Assembly: GCA_963714975.1 (NCBI GenBank) | Contig: CAVQQD010000002.1 | Location: 238,209 to 262,208 of the forward strand | Reading direction: 5' to 3' | DNA: 24,000 bases | DNA from: an uncultured Gammaproteobacteria bacterium | GTDB taxonomy: Bacteria; Pseudomonadota; Gammaproteobacteria; JAURND01 | In this document: piece after piece, positions 12,701 to 16,455 of the stretch | Layout: the number at the start of each line of letters is the position of its first letter | Numbering within the stretch: position 1 is the first letter of the stretch | Made by a program: the position numbers and the translations under genes | Notes under the pieces: generated by a model | Told to the model about the DNA's origin: nothing | Seen by the model: the letters and a program-made list of their open reading frames with translations, nothing else | Databases searched by the model: none

Positions 12701-15700
12701 TAGCAAATACTCAATTTTACGTGCTAGATCCCCTTACAAATCCTGTACCTATTGGAGTTACCGGTGAGTTATACATCGGAGGAGATGGTCTAGCACGAGG
12801 TTATTTAAATCTTCCTGATTTAACTGCCGAACGTTTTGTCATCAATCCATTTCAAACAGAAAATCAGAAAAAGCACGGGAAAAATGCTCGCCTATACATG
12901 ACCGGTGATTTAGTGCGTTATTTACCTGATGGCAATATTGAATACATTGGGAGAAATGATTTCCAAGTTAAAATCCGCGGCTTTAGAATTGAGTTGGGTG
13001 AAATTGAAAATAAATTAATAGCCTATCCAAAAATAAAACAAGCGGTAGTGTTAGTTAAGGAACATCAAACAAACAACGGAAAATACCTCGTGGGTTATTA
13101 TGTGGCAGACCAGCCACTCGATGAAAACGCTGTATTAGATTATCTGCATCATCAACTTCCTGAATACATGGTGCCTAGTGTCTTGGTTTATTTAACCCAA
13201 CTACCTTTAACCATCAGTGGGAAATTAGACCGTAGCGCATTACCTGATCCAGAATTGAGTAAAATCACTGAATATGTACCTCCTCGCAATGATTTAGAAC
13301 GAAAAGTCTGTGAGATCTACGCAGCAGTTTTAGGTTTACCACCTACTTCTGTGGGCATTCGGGATAATTTCTTTCGCTTAGGGGGTAATAGTATTTTAGC
13401 TATTAAGCTCGTCAGCCAATTAAATAAGCAAATTTTTTCTGACCCCTCTTTTCAAGTAGGAAAATTAATTCAAGTCGCTGAAATTTTTCGGCATAAAACT
13501 ATCTTAAGTTTATTAGACAGTCTTTTAAGCGAAGACGAAAGCGAGACCATCATTATTCCTAGCCAAGGACCTATCCAAAAAGCAGGTTTATCTTTTGCCC
13601 AAGAACGTTTATGGTTTATTGAACAGTATGAAGTTGGAAGCAATGCCTATAATATTCCATTGTTGAAAAAAATACCTGCACAAGTCGATGCTCGATTGTT
13701 GGCACAAGCGTTACTCTCGGTTGTATCCCGCCATGAAGTATTACATAGTTTGATCAAGACTGATAGTCAGGGTAATGGTTATCAAGAAGTTATCGACTTA
13801 AATAGTTCACCATTTAACATCGCTTATCACTCGTTCTCTGATTCTGCCGCACTTAAAAAATATATTGATACCGAAATCAATCATATTTTTAATTTAAATA
13901 GCGAATATCCCATTAGAATTCAGCTCCTAACCCAACAAGATACTGCAACAAACTATTTGTTGATCGTGGTACATCACATCGCGTTTGATGGTTGGTCAAT
14001 TGAAGTATTTATGCGTGATCTGCAAGCGCTTTATCAGCACGAGCCCTTGCCAGAATTAACCATTCAATATAAAGATTTTTCCATTTGGCAAAGGAATTAT
14101 TTAACTGGAGAACGCCTAGCCCATCAATTAAATTATTGGAAAAATAAACTTAGTGATTATGCTGGATTACATCTACCCACCGATAAACCAAGACCTCCTG
14201 AAATTAGTTACCTAGGCAACGATGTTTATTTTAGTATTGATCCAAAGACTAGCACTCAATTAAGAGAAATTGCTAAAAAGCTAGGCATCAGTTTATACAG
14301 TGTATTACTGGCCGGATTTAATTTGCTACTAAGAAGCTACAGCAATCAAGATGATATAGTCATAGGCACTCCCATTGCCAACCGCCACCATCAACAACTC
14401 GAAGATCTTATCGGATTTTTTGTCAATAGTCTGGCTCTGCGCAGCCAAATAAATCCCGAGCACGCATTGAATCATTACCTAGAAGAAATGGGTCGTGATG
14501 TGATCGAGGCACAACTGCATCAAGATTTACCCTTTGAAAAATTGGTAGAAGAACTGGAAATTCCCAAGGATCGCAGCCGTCATCCCCTGTTCCAAGTCAT
14601 GTTTGGAGTACAAAGTTTTGCAACTACAACAGCTGAATTATTGGAGCCTGCTTCTTTCACACTGAATTATCCTGTAGCGAAGTTCGATTTAAGTGTTTTT
14701 CTCGATGATAGCTACGCCGAATTAAGGGGAAAATTTAATTATGCGGAGAGTTTATTTACGAAAGAAACCATCAATATTCTCATTGCCACCTATCAACGTA
14801 TTTTGTCACAATTGGCATATGAGCCATTGCTACTAATAAAAAACTTAAGTTATCTCGATGCCACGAGTTATCAAAAAATTATTTATGAGTGGAACCAAAC
14901 GGAAAAAGATTACCCTGCTGATAAAACTATTCAGCAACTATTTGAAGAGCAAGTGGCACGAACCCCTGAAAATATTGCCGTAGTTTATGAAAATACTCAG
15001 CTTACCTACCACGAACTCAATAGCAAAGCCAACCAACTCGCGCATTATCTACAACAAACCTATCAGCCACAAGCCGATGATTTAATTGCGCTATGCTTGG
15101 ATCGCAGTGAACAGATGATCATTACCATTTTAGCTGTGTTAAAAGCTGGTGCTGCCTACGTACCCATCGATCCTGGTTATCCTGAAGAACGCATCCATTA
15201 TATTTTGCAAGATACTGCCACCAAGCTAGTGCTGACTAATGCCAGACATCAAGATAAATTAACTCATATAATCGACGGTGGGGGTGGTTATCAATTGCCG
15301 ATCCATATCGAAGCCATCGACAGCCCTAATTTACAAAACCAATTAAATGCTTATCAAGAGACTAATCCCATACTACATATCCATAGTAATAACTTAGCTT
15401 ATGTCATTTACACCAGTGGCACTACTGGGAATCCAAAAGGAGTGATGATTGAACATAAGAACGTTGTGAACTTAGCTGTAATGCAAGCCAAGGAATTTAG
15501 TTTATCGACACAATCGATAGATAACGCAAAAATTCTAAATTGCTTAGAATATGCAAATTATGTGTTTGATGCGCATGTTTGGGAATTATTCACAGTGATA
15601 AGTAATGGACATATCCTACATATAGCAAGTGATAGAATACGTCCAGACATAGAGCTATTATCAGAATATATTAATCTTCATAAAATTTACCTAGCAACCA

Positions 15701-15786
15701 TACCACCCGCATTATTATCGGTAGATACTTTATTGCCACTGAGCATTTTAGTAGTTGCCGGAGAAAAAACAACAAAGATATATTGA
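1..15786 (+). CDS. Non-ribosomal peptide synthetase, 5'-partial and multimodular (A-T-E, C-A-T-E, C-A-T, C-A-T, C-A'). The frame ends at TGA 15784-15786 inside the last adenylation domain.
   Basis: Frame 1 has no stop from nt 1 to 15783. I translated 1-384 by hand (IQNIYFCGEK...HVYGPTEN...GELYIGGAGVARGYLN), so the gene continues upstream of the window. Repeated canonical NRPS motifs are present: A3 YTSG(T/S)TGxPKG, A5 YGxTE, A8 GRNDFQVKIRGFRIELGEIE, A10 NGKLDR, PCP GG(D/N)S, C HHxxxDG, E HHxxxDxxSW and EGHGRE. Confidence 0.96.
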   Translation: MQNIYFCGEKASTDLISTFIDQTTVNLTHVYGPTENVVFSTYCVLNKDNITISPIGKHLNDKTLYILDTQLHPAPIGAIGELYIGGAGVARGYLNLPDLTAERFITNPFQTEDEKKLEKNARLYKTGDLVRYLPDGNLEYIGRNDFQVKIRGFRIELGEIENKLLAYPGITQAVVLAREHEETQGKYLVGYYVAEKSLAQDCILDYLSGQLPDYMLPSSLVWLDTLPLTINGKLDRNALPDPEFTTLSNYVAPRNDLEAKVCAIYAEVLHVPVANIGIRDDFFRLGGDSIVSIQLVSRLRQRLGLTLSVKDIFTYKTVEKLYDRLLAAQELISGERADLVLRESGLLSGDLGLLPIQAWFFNHVTNGFYPQPGHWNQAFLIKTEKLGPALLKHSLVKLIEYHDAFRLNYRLTDAGDYQQYYNPSINDKNLDFAYLDITPFTNPDKYQRILTDWQSHFALFSDSPLYQIGYLENYPDGSSRIFVALHHLLIDAVSWRIITHDLHELYEKLSAAEINNQLDQVMQQSSETLLGKKGTSYRQWVEQVHAYAHHSDEQEYWLTQLSDLAAMEQQLTNLVVSETTRNYVQWSLDRENTRRLLTESNRAYHTEINDLLLTSFARALVELTQQEIHHIITLEGHGREEIAPHLDITRTVGWFTTLYPVKLAIHPESMAKSIVQVKEHLRKIPHKGIGYGALLGYINHPLPRISFNYLGQLNAGIEQAHWHITGEPCGITIVPENPDPNIINANGIVTQGELRFIIAAKISQQNLARFAEAFKQQLLSLIQYTVDLPRTYLTASDIDDIISQDYLDKIQDTREISHVYLANSLQQGFVYHALSQELDTAYRVQIVFHYHNPLEPELLRMAWQGALHKYPALRLRFSWDEALVQIIDQHQELHWQYSDISAQTSELQEQFIHDLVSQDRQHPYHLDQGHLLRIFLIKQGETHYTCLFSCHHAILDGWSNPILLGFVHDLYEQLYANRTNSTAQARILSTIQEETAYPLSQAYWQKTDVASQAFWQQEIARITDHANLNGLLRPEKRSVRLAEYRFIEHKSEVASKIQGPLYQAIKAYCSELGVTVNTVLQYGWHKLLSVYGNSPITVVGTTVSGRNLPIDHIEKSVGLYINTLPLILEHEDDKTIAAQITLLQNKINEINSHSAISLAKLQHSDSRLFDSLFVFENYPVPQKIADRVLKVSGFRGTEELDYPLAIIAYEQAETLQINLKYARELFSQATITTLLHNLEFVLYQITVSKIAQPKSLNYLDSDNYQKIIYEWNQTEKDYPADKTIQQLFEAQVERTPEHIAVVFENTQLTYHELNAKSNQLAHYLQQTYQPQADDLIALCLDRSAQMIITILAVLKAGAAYVPIDPGYPEERIQYILQDTDTKLVLANVNHYDKLIHIIECVSNNQLPIHTEAIDSPEFSNKLNAYQETNLKQHVHSTNLAYVIYTSGTTGKPKGVLQQHNNVHRLFSATEELYHFHSNDVWTLFHSYIFDFSVWEIWGALFYGGKLFIPSYEQTRDISLFYQLCDQYGVTVLNQTPTAFYQLINAASANPHHRLASLRYVIFGGEALNLSQLLPWFNVYDYDKPRLVNMYGITETTVHVTYKLIQAEDLGNSSYIGERLPDQKIYIVDADLKPIPIGAIGELYIGGAGVARGYLNLPDLTAERFITNPFQTEDEKKLEKNARLYKTGDLVRYLPDGNLEYIGRNDFQVKIRGFRIELGEIENKLLAYPGITQAVVLAREHAETQGKYLVGYYVAEKSLAQDCILDYLSGQLPDYMLPSSLVWLDTLPLTINGKLDRNALPDPEFTTLSNYVAPRNDLEAKVCAIYAEVLHVPVANIGIRDDFFRLGGDSIVSIQLVSRLRQRLGLTLSVKDIFTYKTVEKLYDRLLAAQELISGERADLVLRESGLLSGDLGLLPIQAWFFNHVTNGFYPQPGHWNQAFLIKTEKLDPALLKHSLVKLIEYHDAFRLNYRLTDAGDYQQYYNPSINDKNLDFSYLDMTPFTNPDQYQRILTDWQSHFALFSDSPLYQIGYLENYPDGSSRIFVALHHLLIDAVSWRIITHDLHELYEKLSAAEKNNQLDQVMQQSSETLLGKKGTSYRQWVEQVHAYAHHSDEQEYWLTQLSDLAAMEQQLTNLVVSETTRNYVQWSLDRENTRRLLTESNRAYHTEINDLLLTSFARALVELTQQEIHHIITLEGHGREEIAPHLDITRTVGWFTTLYPVKLAIHPESMAKSIVQVKEHLRKIPHKGIGYGALLGYINHPLPRISFNYLGQLNAGIEQAHWHITGEPCGITIVPENPDPNIINANGIVTQGELRFTIAAKISQQNLARFAEAFKQQLLSLIQYTVDLPRTYLTASDIDDIISQDYLDKIQDTREISHVYLANSLQQGFIYHALSQELDTAYRVQIVFHYHNPLEPELLRMAWQGALHKYPALRLRFSWDEALVQIIDQHQELHWQYSDISAQTSELQEQFIHDLVSQDRQHPYHLDQGHLLRIFLIKQGETHYTCLFSCHHAILDGWSNPILLGFVHDLYEQLYANRTNSTAQARILSTIQEETAYPLSQAYWQKTDVASQAFWQQEIARITDHANLNGLLRPEKRSVRLAEYRFIEHKSEVASKIQGPLYQAIKAYCSELGVTVNTVLQYGWHKLLSVYGNSPITVVGTTVSGRNLPIDHIEKSVGLYINTLPLILEHEDDKTIAAQITLLQNKINEINSHSAISLAKLQHSDSRLFDSLFVFENYPVPQKIADRVLKVSGFRGTEELDYPLAIIAYEQAETLQINLKYARELFSQATITTLLHNLEFVLYQITVSKIAQPKSLNYLDSDNYQKIIYEWNQTEKDYPADKTIQQLFEEQVERTPEHIAVVFENTQLSYRDLNAKANQLAHYLRHKYPIQGDDLIALCLERNEQILTSILAVLKTGAAYVPIDPDYPDERINYILADTATHLILTNENSQMKLSAIINHHSLQTRVEAIDSPELYNKLNAYQATNPTPPIHSTNLAYVIYTSGSTGQPKGVLIKHGSLINALQAVDAMIQVSSHDRFLALTTYTFDISGLEFYLPLLKGATCVIAPDKARIDMTVLKQILHTKAITIMQATPATWLMLRHSNWQSKKPLKILCGGETLTMQLAASLIENHHQIWNMYGPTETTIWSSCCLLQAGKVNPPPIGKPLANTQFYVLDPLTNPVPIGVTGELYIGGDGLARGYLNLPDLTAERFVINPFQTENQKKHGKNARLYMTGDLVRYLPDGNIEYIGRNDFQVKIRGFRIELGEIENKLIAYPEIKQAVVLVKEHQTNNEKYLVGYYVADQPLDENAVLDYLHHQLPEYMVPSVLVYLTQLPLTISGKLDRSALPDPELSKITEYVPPRNDLERKVCEIYAAVLGLPPTSVGIRDNFFRLGGNSILAIKLVSQLNKQIFSDPSFQVEKLIQVAEIFRHKTILSLLDSLLSEDESETIIIPSQGPIQKAGLSFAQERLWFIEQYEVGSNAYNIPLLKKIPAQVDARLLAQALLSVVSRHEVLHSLIKTDSQGNGYQEVIDLNSSPCNIAYHSFSDSAALKKYIDTEINHIFNLNSEYPIRIQLLTQQDTATNYLLIVVHHIAFDGWSIEVFMRDLQALYQHEPLPELTIQYKDFSIWQRNYLTGERLAHQLNYWKNKLSDYAGLHLPTDKPRPPEISYLGNDVYFSIDPKTSTQLREIAKKLGISLYSVLLAGFNLLLRSYSNQDDIVIGTPIANRHHQQLEDLIGFFVNSLALRSQINPEHALNHYLEEVGRDVIGAQLHQDLPFEKLVEELEIPKDRSRHPLFQVMFGVQSFATTTAELLEPASFTLNYPVAKFDLSVFLDDSYAELRGNFNYAESLFTKETINILIAIYQRILSQLAYEPLLLIKNLSYLDATSYQKIIYEWNQTEKDYPADKTIQQLFEEQVARTPENIAVVYENTQLTYHELNSKANQLAHYLQQTYQPQADDLIALCLDRSEQMIITILAVLKTGAAYVPIDLGYPEERIQYILQDTATKLVLTNARHQDKLTHIIDGVGSYQLLINIEAIDSLELYNKLNAYQATNPTPPIHSTNLAYVIYTSGSTGQPKGVLIKHGSLINALQAVDAMIQVSSHDRFLALTTYTFDISGLEFYLPLLKGATCVIAPDKARIDMTVLKQILHTKAITIMQATPATWLMLRHSNWRSKKPLKILCGGETLTMQLAASLIENHHQIWNMYGPTETTIWSSCCLLQAGKVNPPPIGKPLANTQFYVLDPLTNPVPIGVTGELYIGGDGLARGYLNLPDLTAERFVINPFQTENQKKHGKNARLYMTGDLVRYLPDGNIEYIGRNDFQVKIRGFRIELGEIENKLIAYPKIKQAVVLVKEHQTNNGKYLVGYYVADQPLDENAVLDYLHHQLPEYMVPSVLVYLTQLPLTISGKLDRSALPDPELSKITEYVPPRNDLERKVCEIYAAVLGLPPTSVGIRDNFFRLGGNSILAIKLVSQLNKQIFSDPSFQVGKLIQVAEIFRHKTILSLLDSLLSEDESETIIIPSQGPIQKAGLSFAQERLWFIEQYEVGSNAYNIPLLKKIPAQVDARLLAQALLSVVSRHEVLHSLIKTDSQGNGYQEVIDLNSSPFNIAYHSFSDSAALKKYIDTEINHIFNLNSEYPIRIQLLTQQDTATNYLLIVVHHIAFDGWSIEVFMRDLQALYQHEPLPELTIQYKDFSIWQRNYLTGERLAHQLNYWKNKLSDYAGLHLPTDKPRPPEISYLGNDVYFSIDPKTSTQLREIAKKLGISLYSVLLAGFNLLLRSYSNQDDIVIGTPIANRHHQQLEDLIGFFVNSLALRSQINPEHALNHYLEEMGRDVIEAQLHQDLPFEKLVEELEIPKDRSRHPLFQVMFGVQSFATTTAELLEPASFTLNYPVAKFDLSVFLDDSYAELRGKFNYAESLFTKETINILIATYQRILSQLAYEPLLLIKNLSYLDATSYQKIIYEWNQTEKDYPADKTIQQLFEEQVARTPENIAVVYENTQLTYHELNSKANQLAHYLQQTYQPQADDLIALCLDRSEQMIITILAVLKAGAAYVPIDPGYPEERIHYILQDTATKLVLTNARHQDKLTHIIDGGGGYQLPIHIEAIDSPNLQNQLNAYQETNPILHIHSNNLAYVIYTSGTTGNPKGVMIEHKNVVNLAVMQAKEFSLSTQSIDNAKILNCLEYANYVFDAHVWELFTVISNGHILHIASDRIRPDIELLSEYINLHKIYLATIPPALLSVDTLLPLSILVVAGEKTTKIY
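748..975 (+). other. NRPS domain: PCP/T (GGDS type, as usually found before E domains)
   Basis: DDFFRLGGDSIVSIQL; phosphopantetheine Ser codon at 865-867. Confidence 0.85.
1020..2360 (+). other. NRPS domain: epimerization (E)
   Basis: LLPIQAWFF (E1), HHLLIDAVSW (HH at 1456-1461), EGHGRE 1903-1920, TVGWFTTLYPV, FNYLGQ. Confidence 0.88.
2446..3735 (+). other. NRPS domain: condensation, DCL-type (accepts a D-configured donor)
   Basis: N-terminal LANSLQQGFVYHAL (DCL-like C1) and CHHAILDGWS (HH at 2851-2856). It follows an E domain. Confidence 0.82.
3844..5400 (+). other. NRPS domain: adenylation, predicted Thr-specific
   Basis: A3 YTSGTTGKPKG 4330-4362; FDFSVWE 4465-4485. The hand-extracted 10-residue code is D F W N I G M V H K, identical to the canonical Thr code. 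Confidence 0.85.
5428..5655 (+). other. NRPS domain: PCP/T (GGDS type)
   Basis: Copy of 748-975 at +4680 nt; Ser codon at 5545-5547. Confidence 0.85.
5700..7040 (+). other. NRPS domain: epimerization (E), second copy
   Basis: Near-identical copy of 1020-2360; HH at 6136-6141. Confidence 0.88.
7126..8415 (+). other. NRPS domain: condensation, DCL-type, second copy
   Basis: Near-identical copy of 2446-3735; HHAILDG begins at 7531. Confidence 0.82.
8524..10045 (+). other. NRPS domain: adenylation, predicted Gly-specific
   Basis: FDISGLE 9136-9156, ILCGGE, WNMYGPTETTIWSS. The hand-extracted code is D I L Q L G M I W K, a 9/10 match to the canonical Gly code DILQLGLIWK. No E domain follows, which fits an achiral residue. 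Confidence 0.82.
10066..10330 (+). other. NRPS domain: PCP/T (GGNS type)
   Basis: DNFFRLGGNSILAIKL; Ser codon at 10186-10188. Confidence 0.85.
10378..11625 (+). other. NRPS domain: condensation, LCL-type
   Basis: LSFAQERLWFIEQ (LCL C1) and VVHHIAFDGWS (HH at 10768-10773). Confidence 0.85.
11728..13249 (+). other. NRPS domain: adenylation, predicted Gly-specific (second)
   Basis: The core from ~12112 onward is a near-identical copy of 8908 onward. FDISGLE at 12340-12360; same code DILQLGMIWK. Confidence 0.82.
13270..13534 (+). other. NRPS domain: PCP/T (GGNS type)
   Basis: Ser codon at 13390-13392. Confidence 0.85.
13582..14829 (+). other. NRPS domain: condensation, LCL-type (second)
   Basis: Copy of 10378-11625; HH at 13972-13977. 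Confidence 0.85.
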
Positions 15787-16455
15787 AGTTTTACCGAAAT
15801 AATCAAATAGCTGTAGTCAATGGTTATGGACCTACAGAATCGACAGTCTGCGCCACATTAAATCACTATCATGAAAATGATTTAAGTACCGACATTGGGA
15901 AACCAATCGCTAACATTACAATCTATATTTTAGATATCTATTTAAACCCAATACCGATTGGCGCGATAGGTGAACTGTACATCGGAGGAGCCGGGCTAGC
16001 CCGCGGCTATTTAAATCTTCCTGATTTAACTGCCGAACGTTTTATCCCCAATCTATTTCAAACAGAAGACGAAAAGAAATTTGGAAAAAATACACGCCTC
16101 TATAAGACCGGTGATTTAGTGCGTTATCTTCCTGATGGCAATCTCGAATATATCGGCAGAAATGATTTTCAAGTTAAAATCCGTGGTTTTAGAATTGAGC
16201 TGGGTGAAATTGAAAATAAATTAATAGCCTACCCAGAAATAAAACAAGCGGTAGTGTTAGTTAAGGAACATCAAACAAACAACGAAAAATACCTTGCGGG
16301 CTACTATGTTGCAGACCAACCACTCGATGAAAACGCTATGTTAGATTATCTACATCATCAACTTCCTGAATACATGGTGCCTAGTGTCTTGGTTTATTTA
16401 ACCCAACTACCTTTAACCATCAATGGGAAATTAGATCGTAGCGCATTACCTGATC
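14932..16455 (+). other. NRPS domain: adenylation, Phe-like (aromatic) code, interrupted by the frameshift at ~15770
   Basis: A3 YTSGTTGNPKG ~15409-15441; FDAHVWE 15565-15585. The code assembled across the frameshift is D A W T V A G V C K. It is closest to Phe codes: 7/10 identical to GrsA DAWTIAAICK, and the three differences are conservative. Confidence 0.7.
15763..15786 (+). other. Frameshift site that splits the last A domain, beside the run a6 at 15764-15769. Frame 1 stops at 15784-15786 and frame 3 carries on.
   Basis: Frame 1 reads VVAGEKTTKIY*. Frame 3 reads ..KNNKDILKFYRNNQIAVVNGYGPTE and is open from 15684. Either a 1-nt gain between 15772 and 15780 (giving ..GEKTTKDILKFY..) or a -1 slip on the A-run (giving ..GEKNNKDILKFY..) restores a normal-length A4-A5 spacer. 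Compare FCGEKASTDLISTFIDQTTVNLTHVYGPTE at nt 19-105. Confidence 0.85.

Larger units (their letters stand above)
12112..15315 (+). repeat. Tandem module repeat R2, unit 2
   Basis: It directly abuts unit 1; same comparison as above. Confidence 0.95.

Noticed and set aside
222-15315. CRISPR array or non-coding tandem repeat as the explanation for the long repeats
   Set aside because: The repeats are kb-scale, in frame and encode complete NRPS domains. There is no short repeat-spacer periodicity anywhere in the window.
15763-15786. Programmed -1 ribosomal frameshifting as the main explanation for the NRPS break
   Set aside because: The A6 run is not in register for a canonical X XXY YYZ heptamer (the zero-frame codons are gaa aaa aca). 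I see no stable downstream stem-loop or pseudoknot in 15787-15850. No NRPS precedent is known to me. An indel or a sequencing error is simpler, and slippage is kept only as a minor possibility.
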